A DNA stretch of 62,121 nt, the filler included, from Sluysia triapertura (taxonomy: Eukaryota): the NCBI GenBank assembly GCA_046118255.1. It is 5 parts of 5 records of this genome, joined end to end, with 100 filler letters (N's around TTAATTAATTAA, not from the genome) between each part and the next. Parts side by side here need not be neighbours in the genome. Positions count along the whole stretch, not along the records: positions 23,887 to 35,998 come from JBJNIA010138170.1; positions 36,099 to 49,758 come from JBJNIA010027393.1; 3 more parts are not named here. One strand, written 5' to 3'. The notes beneath the pieces were generated by a model that had not been told where the DNA came from, made no database searches, and worked only from the letters and a program-made list of their open reading frames with translations. Position numbers and translations under genes: made by a program. Shown here piece by piece: positions 28,201 through 40,286 of this stretch (the first letter of the stretch is position 1; every line of letters begins with the position of its first letter).

Positions 28201-31200
28201 GATGAATATAAGAAGACTAATACAATGTAATCTGAAAGAATACCGTATCCCACTCAACCTTTTAGCTGCTCTCCTACCTAGTTTTGTTCTCGATTTCTTA
28301 CGCATTGTTGTTAGTGGATAAATGATGTGTATATTTTATTATATATTTTATTATCGGGTTATGTTCTTCGTAGTGTTGGGATTGTTCAGTTAGTGTATAG
28401 AATTTAAAATATATAAGAAAAATGATATAAAATATCTGAAATATGATAATGCAAGAAAAGTACATGGAGAATAAAGCTTAAGATAAATAGTGAGTTCACC
28501 AACGTATTGGGCTTACAAACTGATTGGATTTTTTGACTTAAAAAATGGAGGTTAAACTATTTCAAAAGGCTGTTAGTTAATTTAATGCTTTGCTCAGAAT
28601 ATTTAATAATTTAACAATAATAATAATTTAACAATTATAAAGTTGATATTTTAGGGGACAAATGATTTTAATACTGATTTTAAAGGATTTTGAAAATATA
28701 ATAATGAGGATTTTTCTCTGGTTTGGATATACAAACCTTTCAAATATTTATTGATTTTACTTAGGTTCAGTATAAATGAACCTGTGACGAATTTTATGAG
28801 ATTTTACTTAGGTTCTCTCAGGAACCTGATCAATTATTTTAACAATAAAATAAAGAATTAAAATTAACAAATCTTATTTAATCAAATTCGCTAAAAATTA
28901 TATATAACAAAAAATATATGAAATAATTTACACTAGATTATTAAACTAATAATCTTAAATATTATTTTAAAAAATGTGAGTTTGCTCAGCTATCTATAAA
29001 TGATAGCTCAATGATTAAAAATAAAGTTTACGTATATTTTAGAAAATCAAGTTTAAAACTTGCAAAAAACTTACAATGTAGAAAACTAACGATGATATTG
29101 AATAAAAATTTCTGCAAATAATTGTTTCCACTATGAAAGAATTGATTATGCTTAATCGAAATTGGCCTCTCGAAGTTTGAAAGTTGCAAACTGTTATTCA
29201 AAAAACGTTAAACAAGTTGTGAAGATATCAGAGAAATGCCTAGCTATTTATACTTATTTTTTGAAGGTTAAGATTATAAGATTAAAACAAAGTATATTTA
29301 AATAATTTTAATAACAATAATTTTACTAACATTAATAATTTTAGTAATAATTTTAATAATAAGAAAATATTTAATAATTTTAATAACAATAATATTAATA
29401 ATTTTAATAATAACATTAATATTAATAATTTTAGTAAAAATAATAAAATAATAATAAAATTAAATATAATATCAAAATAATAAAACTAAACACAAACCTG
29501 GAAGATGATTTGAAAACATTATAACATTAAATATTTTAAACCCAAAATATTAAAATCCAAAACATTTAATTATTAAAATGGATTAAAGTATCTAATTATT
29601 TAATATTTAAATGACTAATTTAATATTTACATATTTACAATTAAATTTGACTATTTGAATTTGTTTGAACTTTAACTTTATACTGAACTTTAATGACTAA
29701 TACTTTATAGAGACTTGACTAATAATTTATAGAGACTTTACATATTAAGATCTGGCAGAAATTTATAATTGTAATATATAGTGGAATTAACGTTCGTTTT
29801 TGATGCAGGATTAGATTTCCGGAACAGGAACACAATAACAAAATAACTTTTTGTAACGGAATCATAAGAAATTATTTGTAAACTTAGTAATTCACAAACT
29901 GAAACTCAATCGTTTCGATTATTTCATGCTTGAGATTATCGTATAGTTCAACTTCAACTGGTTTATCAAAAATAAAAGGTTGTTTTCTTGTTAATTACTT
30001 AATCATTTCATCATTAATGGTATGAAAACCGAAAATAAACATTTTATTCGATCGTACTCCTTTCATGATTAAAAACTATGTATTTTGAAATCGTATATAA
30101 GATGAATGTAACCACATAAACATCTTATTTATTTTTTAAACATTATTAAATTTATAAAATCAATATTATTACCATTAACTTTTTAAAATACAGACAATAA
30201 AAATTAGATCTAAATAAAGCTATTAGTTTGCCCTACAACATTTAATACATGGTGATAATAAGGTCAATGTACAGTTATCTAGTTATGATTTAAATGGTGT
30301 CAAAATAAATTATCAATAAAAGTTATAATATAGTAATCTATGCCAGGGATTATTTTAGACGAATTTTCAACACTTTTCAAATGGCAGAATACCTTCTTTA
30401 AACATTTTTGTAAATAACTAGATTGTACTTAATTCGTTTTGTAAATAAATAGTTTCGAATAATTTATTTGAGTTCAATAATATTCCAGAATTGTGTGTTC
30501 CAATCTCGCTCTTACGCATCTACTGGTTAATAAACTTTACTTCTCTGTTATGTGATATAATATTTTATTTCACTTTTTAAGAAACTGTATTAAGGTTACT
30601 TTATTACCACCATATGCTAGGTGCTTCAGCATATATATTTTATTATATATGGCTGGTTTAGATACTTGATATTATATTTAACTATTGTTTCAAAGTAACA
30701 ACTACTTTTGATAATTTAAGAAAATACTGAATTACACATGAGAAAAGAAATTATTTAATAAAAAAGTCTTTCTATGAAAATAAAGTTCAAATAACCTTAT
30801 AGGGATTATTAAATAAGATGTATCATTAATACTCATGTACATAAAATATTTTTGTAATAAATTCAATTAATGCAAAAATTCTTTGAGAAACAACATTAAA
30901 AAAGCAAATGGTTGAATGATTTCTGAAAAAAATGTGTTTATAACTTCAAAGATGTACAGTAATTTCTGAAAATTACTAAATTCTGAATATTAATAAATTC
31001 GCAATTAAATCATGTTTTCATTTCAACATAACGGTATTATACATGAACATGTTTCTTTCTTGTTGCAAAAGCATAAACAAAATGTAAAAATGAAAAATTA
31101 TTTGTACCATTTTTTCATAATATAAGATAATTTATATTTATTTAATTTTATATTTAGAGTTTTATTGAAACTTATTTTAGCTATTAACTGTGTTATAAAT

Positions 31201-32042
31201 CGATGTAGATCGGTAAATTCGAGCTATAATGAATTGTTTTGACTTGTTTTTCATTTGATCAGAGGTGGAAATCTTTTATTCTTTTTCTACATAATAATAA
31301 CTTCAAAAATTAAGTCGTGTTATTCAAAACTAATGGTTACTGCTAATACAAAAATAAAAATAAATATTTCAGTTAAAAACGATTACTTTTATTTTAATAG
31401 ATTTCATTTTATTTCATTTAAATTTAAATGTCATGCAAAACTTACTTAACTACTGAGGATTACAAAATTTAACTAGAATTTTCAAATAAAAACTGTTAAT
31501 GATAGTTTTACAAAATTCTGATGTTTATAAACTGTTTTTCTTCACCATGAATTATGGTAAAACTATTTAATTTTTATCACATAATATCTTCGTCATAATC
31601 AATTTCCATTTAATCAATATTTTGCTTCCTAACCAATTCAATTCCATAATTACTTATGTGCTATTAATTAGAGTATATATTATCTCTTTGGTAATATGTT
31701 TTCATTATGAACTCTATTCATTTATAACTGTCTTGCTTGGTTTGTGTCTCTTAGTAGTCACTTTTTAACGGTTTTCCTGTTTTATTGGCATCTGTGTTTG
31801 ATCCATGATCTTTTTTCTGGAAGTTAATTATGTTCGAAAGATTTAAAGCTTTCTTTCTTCATATCTATGTACTAATTTTCTATATCCATCTTGTTTAAAG
31901 GCATTTCTAAGTGTTTTGATGCTTACGAAGATAGCTTTTGAATTTTTTATTGGATTTTAAGACGTAAAATGAATACTCGCGGATACTTAGATGTTTCCGA
32001 TATTGTAAAGGAAGTGCCAGCACAAAATTTATTTAAATGTCT

Positions 32043-33016
32043 TTATTTTTGGCGTTTATAGAATAATTTTAATTTTATTGCCATTAAATTACAATTACTT
32101 TTATTAAATTTTATATAAATGAAATTTAAATTTCTATACTTATTATTTATTAATTTAATAAGATCTAATTTTATTAAATTATGACAAAATTCTTTATTTA
32201 ATAAATTTATTACATAAAATCCTAAAAATTTATTGATAAAAACATGAATTAAAAAGACATCAATAAAAGAATCATAAAATGTTTTGTTTATAATTGTTAA
32301 ACGGTTCAGATTTTGGACCACTACAAGTCTATTAAAAAGCATCAATCTTAATGAAAAATAGAAATTATGATCAAACAATTTACTTTCATTAATATTAAAA
32401 ATTACTTTTAGTACTGGATTATTATTAAAAACTTTAAAATGGATTTTATCTTGGACATCTCTTTGGTCTTTGTTGGTTGCTTGATTCGAACTAATCTGAT
32501 TAATTTGCATAGACTTTAATAAATTGTGGATCCGGTCTAAATCGTTGTTGGATATACCTTCAATCAAGGAATGGAAGCATAATTCTGGAACATTGTGACA
32601 ATATCGGCATAAACGACCATATTTGATACATGAACCAAGTTCATCGATGCCAAACGGACATAGAATGGCTTGATTGTGGCTTCTAAAAAGATTGTATTTC
32701 AGGTTATTGCCTAATATTATTGTTGATGAAACATTGATATGTATAAGAACAGGACTCATTTTTTGACGCGTTGAAGGATTTCCATGTGACTAATCATGAT
32801 TTCACTGACATAGTTTCTCGTATCTTCGAATTTTTCATTTAACATTGCATTCACAATACAAGTATAATAGAGATGTTCACCGAATGAATGGAATTTCTTT
32901 TTATATGATCATTTGAAATTAATTAGATTAAACATATTATCTCTAGCAATAAAATTAATGCCTTCGTAAATATGTTTCGCATGTTTTCTTTGTTCATATC
33001 GACAAGCATCAACCAT
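32043..33016 (-). pseudogene. Intronless ORF with CCCH zinc-finger-like motif, disrupted
   Basis: ILCPFGIDELGSCIKYGRLCRYCHNVPEL fits C-x9-C-x6-C-x3-H with the ZFP36-like YG and EL positions; the upstream frame from ATG 33016 has one TGA and meets ORF 32759 at an A-run (ATGA overlap). Confidence 0.4.
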
Positions 33017-34729
33017 TCATAAGTGAATCTGTTATTATAAAAGTACTAAAAAATTAAAGTATTTTAATTTTAACATTAAATTTAGTTGATAAAATTCGGT
33101 TGATGTATTTACACGTTTTTAAAAATCGAAATAAACAGTCTGAGTTTTCCTTTTTTTTCAATAGTAAAAATTATAAATGTATTAAAATTTATAGTCAGAC
33201 AATATTAACTGTGAAACTGTCAACCAACAATTATTTGTTTTAGCTATCCCCAATACAACTGGTCAGGTTGGGAGAAACTGAATTTTGTGCTGCACACCTT
33301 CGACTGATGACAGTATATAGATCAATTTGCTAATAAAATTAATCAGTAAATAAATAGGAGTTGAAATTTGATGGCAAATAATAATTAAATTTGTTGATTA
33401 AAGTGCATCAAATCTGCCAATGACAATAATTATAATGTGTTAATTAAAATAATAAAAATACTAGTAAAAATGATTAAATAGTAAAATAAGATTAATAATA
33501 ATAATACGAAATTGTAATTAATAATAATAAGTAATAAAATTGGTAATAAAGTGAAATAAATTGCAACGCATAAAAATGTTTGAAAAACATCTTTCTATTT
33601 CCTTGATAAAACACAATAAAAAACTAAAGAAAACACATAAGCTTCTTTTAGACAAATCTCTTTTATAACTTAATTTACTTCTTTCTTTAATAACTAAAAT
33701 TCTTAAAGTGTTAACATCTATTTTCTGCATGTAAAATAAAAAATAAAAAATTGTAGAAGGTTTATGAAGAAATAATTCAAAGTAACAAAGTAGTTCATTT
33801 AATTTAATGTTTTGAAGATCATATAAAGTGTAATTTTAATGGTTTTTGATGTTGTTAATGATTTTATTGATAAAGAATAAAGAGTTTTAGAGTATTAAGA
33901 TAATTTTGAAATATAGATTTAATGATTTTAATGTTATCAAGTTGTGTATTTAAAATGTTTGATATATTTACATGTTTAAATGCTTTTTGAGATATTTACA
34001 ATTTTACGTGAAAGGTTGGCCACCACATTTATTTTAAACTATTTACGATATTTACATTTGTAGTGGTCCAACCTTTTCACATGATTTTATTTAAAATCTT
34101 TACAAATATCACACATAACAACAAATCAAACATTAAATACAAGTATCAAATCTTCATTTTATAAAACTCAACATTACTAAAAAATAACATCAACATTTCA
34201 TAAAATTCCTTTTCTCAGTCGAATATATTAAATCATGATAATGAAATTTCCTTCTATCTTAAATAAACGTTCCTCGTATCTAATGATATCTTTCTTTAAC
34301 AAAAATTCTAACCATTTCTCCCAGCTATATCTACGTGTTTATCAATACATTTTCTCACAAGCACCTTTACTATTCCAATATGCAATATCTCAAGAGATTA
34401 GACATTGAAGTTGAACAATCATCCGCAACACAAACAATCATCGCTTTACTAGTTATTATCAGAACTAGTTAAATATTAGTAAATAACCAGGAAAAACTAT
34501 TGACTATCAGTAATTCAAAAAATTAGACATAATAATTAACAAAAAGTCACAGCAACCAAGGTTGATGTCACAAAAAAATTCAATTTTAATTTACCAAAAA
34601 TTCTTACAAAGGGTAACTCTACAAAAGGGGGATTCCCTAATAATTATTCTTAATTTAATACAATAATTTTAAATTAAATTAAAAATAAATAAATTACCCT
34701 TGGTACAGAAACATAATTGTTCTTATTTA

Positions 34730-35830
34730 AGTTCGAATTGTCTTTTCTTGTGTTCATAAAGTTTTAAGTATTCCCTTTTATACTTTCTCATCATCCAATC
34801 ACTCTTGATTTATACAATTTCACATAAATCATCAGAATATTCATTGAGAATTAAATCCACAGTTATATGGTATGGCCTTCAAATTTTATTAATTATAGAA
34901 CAAAAAATTGATAATGATCAACCATTATTTTCTTTACTCTACTCAACATTCTTTTACATTAATTACTTCTCACATTAAAATAACAATCACTAATATTTTA
35001 ACATACATAAAAGTAAAGAATTTAATTTTTGTTTTTAGATTTAATTGATTTCACACAATTTTCTAATGAAAAATGTTTACCGATTCTTTTCTCAAACAAA
35101 CTGTTCTACAAACATTTCGAACTCAGTTATAGATTCTACTTATATTTCTCTCATTATATTTGCATCACTCTAAGTGTAAAAAATTCAACATTCCATAATT
35201 AAAAATTAATTAAAATTTGACTTTATTCAATATTAAGGCCTTATTTGCATGAACTCGGTCAAACCATCTTTCATCGAAAGGTCTGTTTAAAACAAGTTCA
35301 ATTTTGACGTAGCATTCTGCATTCAAACATTATTCACAAAAACGTACTTTTTCTTATATAAGTTAATTAATTAATCAATCTATTTTTAGATTTAATATTA
35401 TTGTACGTTTAAAGGTTTTATTAAAGTTCTAAAGTTAAGTAATACTTCTAGGGCACTCATCTTCATCAATCTGATTTCTTTTCTACTTCTTCATGTCAAT
35501 CATTAATGTATCAAATTTATCTTTAATACTAACAACAATGATTTTTCAAATACTTATCAAGGCTTCACGATTACTTAAAGATCAACATGATCTCAAGGTT
35601 CAGTAGTTCAAAGGTACCTCAAAGCTTCCAAAGGTTTTTCAAACCCAACTAAAATCTCCACAATGTTTTTGGAACTCTAAATTATTCTTCAGCTTTTAAC
35701 ATTATTATAAATGTTTTCGTCTTAATCATTCCTGCTCCAACAATACTTATAATGTTCTGCCCATTACTTTGGCAATCCCAACAGTATTATCTAACCCATT
35801 CCTTAAATACAACTCAAACCATAATATACT
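34730..35830 (-). repeat. Unclassified dispersed repeat, copy 3 (inverted)
   Basis: Reverse complement aligns to both 8880-10050 and 11150-11918. Confidence 0.8.
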
Positions 35831-35907
35831 AAAGTGTGAAACCGCTGATAATGAGTTAAAAGGTTATCCTAAAGATCAAAGCCCATTTATCAATTCAACA
35901 TCTAGAG

Positions 35908-35933
35908 CAGTGGTGTCAAATTGGCGGCCCGTG
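35908..35933 (+). mobile_element. hAT (Charlie/Buster-type) terminal inverted repeat
   Basis: CAGTGGTGTCAAATTGGCGGCCCG immediately after ATCTAGAG, the NTCTAGAN-type target preferred by Charlie elements. Confidence 0.6.
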
Positions 35934-35998
35934 TATTTACAAACAATACCAGAATAGGTACACGAATATTCATCCGTTATTTTGACGATGATCAAGCT

Positions 35999-36098
35999 NN
36001 NNNNNNNNNNNNNNNNNNNNNNNNNNNNNNNNNNNNNNNNNNTTAATTAATTAANNNNNNNNNNNNNNNNNNNNNNNNNNNNNNNNNNNNNNNNNNNN
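35999..36098. other. Artificial scaffold linker
   Basis: N44-TTAATTAATTAA-N44. Confidence 0.95.
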
Positions 36099-36173
36099 AA
36101 TTTTCATTTTTGTGTAGCATCCTGGCACTTTTAGATAATTCTCTAAAAATCATGTTGGCACTCAAATGGTTAA
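36099..36173. mobile_element. piggyBac-like right terminus
   Basis: TGGCACTCAAATGG followed by TTAA (reverse complement TTAA-CCATTTGAGTGCCA). Confidence 0.4.
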
Positions 36174-38351
36174 TAAGCACACAAGTTAAAAAAATTACAC
36201 AAATTAAAAATGTGACAAGATAAAAGTATTTTAAATCTAAAAGTTACTAAATCCAATCTTTAATTTTCGACATTTATTCAACAGTTTAAAAGTCATTCAG
36301 ATTAATAATTTTCATTTTGGAAAAAGCAGTTTACTCGTATCGTTAGTTTTTAAAATTAAGTTTTTTAGTAATGTTAAAAGCTAGCAAAATTTAACTTTTA
36401 ATTTATTAATTTTACATTGCTTTTAAATAAAACGATTTTTCGATTATTCATGTAAATTGTGAATTTATTTTTTCACTACAATATATCCTAAATAGTTTAT
36501 TATTGAAGTAGTTCATTTTTAATATATTTTGTATTATAACACATTTTATTGTAACTTTAAAAAGAAATTCTTTATTACAAAGTTTAAACCATAAAATAAA
36601 ATACATTTAAAGTAGATGAAACGAAAACTTCTCTTTAAATTTATAATTCTTATAAATTATATAATTCTTTAAGAAACCAGCATACACTATGAAATCTTCA
36701 CAATCATTTCACCTGACTTTACCTTTAAAATTTAACCTCCAGTAAGCGCACATTGTTATTCTTTAAAAAATCCTACGGACTAGTCGTAAGTTAACTCTCA
36801 CGCATACTACATAAATCATTTTATTGTCAAACTAGTTCACAGTATAATAAAATAATAGGCCAGATCAAATTGAAATCATGTGAAAAGTAACAATGATCAT
36901 CTAGCAATACCGACCAGATTCCTACTAAGAAATAAATGTATTTGTGAGCTAATAAAATTTTGAGAAGCTTCAAAAAGATATGATCAATTTATAGTGCAAA
37001 AGTAGCCTTTGTTGCTTTAATTTTATAATTTAAAAATATAAAGATAAATGTTGTACAATAGTATATCATTTCACAACACTATTACAATCTGGAATATCAA
37101 CTTATAATATTAAAAACAATAAATCATAATAATTTACTCATATTTATATCTATCCTTCAATTCACGTGTCCATTTTTTAGTCATAAAACATAATTTTTCA
37201 ATTATTTTCGGGTGCCAATTCTAAAATAAATATATTTTAAATAATATGCGAAATAAAATAATAAAATTTATTGTAAGCATGACCTCTTTAGATGCATCTG
37301 ATTAGTCAATGTATTACTTGAATTTTATTGAAACATTTTTTTTCTTTTTAATAACTTTTTGATTCTGTAATTTATTGAAATTCATGAACAATGTAGAATA
37401 TTCTGCAAAATTCTAGAATTTCTCATTTTATAAAAAATCATTTTCAGTGTTTATCATAATTCCTTGAATTTTTTCAGTCTTGAAATTATGACTTAGATGC
37501 TACAAAAATCATGATTGATATAGCAATTAATTAAATGATGGCATAAAAAATATAAATTTTGTTGCATATAAAAGTAACCACATTATTGAATTTAATTTTT
37601 ATCATGATTTTGACAGCAATCAAAAGATGCAATACTACTGCTAAATGTTGGAAGACTTGCATAAAAATAAATTTTGGAGGGTTAAGTTCAAATTAATTTG
37701 TAAATCATTTTTTTAAATTTGGAAATTAAATTTGGTATGTTTTCGATTACGATAATATTGAAACATCATGTACTATGAGTAAAAAATGTAACTAATGATG
37801 CAAAGCCAGTGAAGAATCAGTTTTAGCGTATATTTGAATGTTAACTGTTATAAACGCATAAAAATAAAATGCTAAGAAAAAGAAGTTTACCAAAGCAAGT
37901 AAACTCATATATGAGGATAATGTGCTGGGCTATAAATTAAAAGTAGAGTGCAATTATTGGAATTCAAAATAGCAAATGTCGTTTAACATAATTAAAACTT
38001 CGTAAGAAATTTAACATAATATAATAACCAAAATGTTAATCGAAGTAAACTTAATTCAAGCAACCAAAATCTTCCAAAACCCAATTAATTCTTTTAAGAA
38101 ATGAATGGCCAAAAAGTAAGGTCAGAAAAGAATTTGGATTTCCGAAATTAACGAAAATCTTCAATGGTTCATTTCTGTCCACATATTTCGGAATACAGGT
38201 ATTCCAGTAAGAATGAATGATTACTCAAAACTAAATTTCAAGTCAGCTCAAATGACTTGTAATCACTCTAGTTTGAAATCTCTTCATTCGCAGACAGTAC
38301 GACTACTTTGCTGTCTTAGTTTCATTCCGTTGGCATTCATGAAATTACATT

Positions 38352-38528
38352 CTAACCGCCATCGCTGCAAATGTTGCCATTTTCATCCTTACCATAAAAT
38401 ATATCTACAATAATACTTAATCGTGAAGAATCACAAAAAGCAGAAACAAATACTAAATGGATAGTTAGTGCAGCACATAATGTTAGGCAAATTATTTGTA
38501 ATTTTGCCGTGGTCTCCCTCTGTTTAAG
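38352..38528 (-). pseudogene. Possible SLC44/choline-transporter-like N-terminal fragment
   Basis: KQRETTAKLQIICLTLCAALTIHLVFVSAFCDSSRL...FYGKDENGNICS: a TM segment followed by a YGxDxxGNxC motif as in CTL proteins; flanked by stops. Confidence 0.35.
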
Positions 38529-38604
38529 TCAAGTTGGAAGAAATTCTGACGAAGCTCTTAATTAACTCAAATACTAATATTATTCTAATATTGATTTATA
38601 GTTC

Positions 38605-38606
<2 letters not shown>

Positions 38607-38646
<40 letters not shown>
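38607..38646. repeat. (AT)n microsatellite
   Basis: Direct inspection. Confidence 0.95.
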
Positions 38647-38648
<2 letters not shown>

Positions 38649-38808
38649 AATCCAGAAAAACATACAAAAAAATTCGTGTTTGATGGAATCAACAAACAGA
38701 ACATTTAGAGTTTATTAATTGCATTGCATGTCCTTAAAGATGTACATAATTTTGTATAATGGATTTATAATATTATTCGAGATAATTACAATTCACTAAA
38801 AATCTAAC

Positions 38809-39192
38809 AATTGACTTATTTTTCATTTCATTAAAAAATTGCGCAGAACTTAATTCATCTGCAAATTGGGAACCAATATTTTGAACACAAGCGTCTAAAA
38901 TCTAAAATGAATGCATCAACTTTAATTTAGATATCTTACAATAATACATCTTAACACCACATGCGGGTTCTTATTTGACATTCTTCTCAGCAACAAGTTT
39001 AAACACTGTTTACAACTTAAATAATGTATCAATACTAAATATCCAATTCTTACTCTGAAGCACCTTTTTCACATACATCCATAATTTTTTCCCAATCATC
39101 TTCTGTTTGTCTTTCATCTGTTGCTATGTCTTGAAGGAAATAATAACTAATTTTTACAAAATATTACCGATCAAATTTAATAGCGTACTCAT
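38809..39192 (-). CDS. STAM-like VHS-domain gene, first four exons (partial)
   Basis: Exons 39192-39168, 39129-39054, 39015-38940, 38901-38809 splice to MSTLLNLIDIATDERQTEDDWEKIMDVCEKGASDCKQCLNLLLRRMSNKNPHVVLRCIIILDACVQNIGSQFADELSSAQFFNEMK; ATxE..xxDW, PHV and LDACVxN are VHS motifs closest to STAM. No downstream exon recognised. Confidence 0.82.
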
Positions 39193-39943
39193 TTTATAAA
39201 AATAAAATTAAAAAAAATAAGAGATTAAAATAAATGTTTTGCATATAATTAAAATGTAATTAAGTATATCTATATGAATAAAATAGTAATCATACTATGT
39301 TACAAACCTTAAAATAAAAATATTAAACTATATAACTCTACGAGTTATTAATATAATTATAGTTTTCAGTACACAACCTTACAATTATAAATAATCTTGT
39401 CGATTAAAACTACAATCGATGTTAAGTAAATATCTTAATGTTTTTCGTAAAATATTTTAGTTTCAAATATAAAAAGTAAATAACTAATATTAAATATATG
39501 AACGCATAATATGTCGCAATTCAGAATATACTATTTATTTATCTGTTGGAAAATTGATCACAGCAGCGAGGAATTTGGAAATCTTGTTACAAGTCCATGC
39601 GCAAAGTAATTTGTTTTTGTTAAGTTTAATATTAATTCTAATTAAGAGAATTAATATTTTAAAATCTACTTAAATTATATTTTTGTTAGCAATCTAATTC
39701 ATAAGGTTCCCCGATATATTGAGGGGTAAAATCAACGTAACTTATCAGTTATAAATATTAAATACTAAAATTAGTTTTAATATTAAAATTTTATTATTTA
39801 TCCTCTTTCTGTCACTAATCTTATCATTATTGGATACATTTTTGTAATTTTATTTTTAAAGAATAAAAATTTGAATAGTTTTTTGTGAATTTACCTAGTT
39901 TTTTGATTGACCCTCATAAGGTAAGGCTAAAATTTTAGTTAAA

Positions 39944-40286
39944 GTAATTCGTTTGACTTATTAGTTGTAGGAGTGCCAACGATACGTTGTAAGACACTAA
40001 CTACAACCGAACCCTGCTTAATTTTTCTAAGTGTTGCTATCAGAGTTACGTTAAAAACACCAGCATAGTTAAAGCTCATCATCCTGTTATATTTGGACAG
40101 AATTTTTGAAACATGCCGCACATTATTAAGTCTGTTGCATTTTGTTTAGCGACTAATGGCTCATGTTGTGGTTTTCTTAATGCTAAACCTACGGGAAAAT
40201 AAAAATTGAGCAGGGCCCAGTTACAGTAAGAGTCTTACAACTAGTGGCTGGCACCTCTGTAACTAATAAGTTGAGAATCTTACTAC
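39944..40286. mobile_element. MITE with ~75-bp imperfect terminal inverted repeats
   Basis: 39955-40028 (ACTTATTAGTT...GTGCCA...GTTGTAAGAC...CCCTGCTTAATTTTT) matches the reverse complement of 40198-40272. Confidence 0.7.

Noticed and set aside
27699-28253. Mucin-like poly-Thr and poly-Val ORFs (also 47228-47581, 46496-47001)
   Set aside because: Translations of trinucleotide microsatellites, partly running through N gaps.
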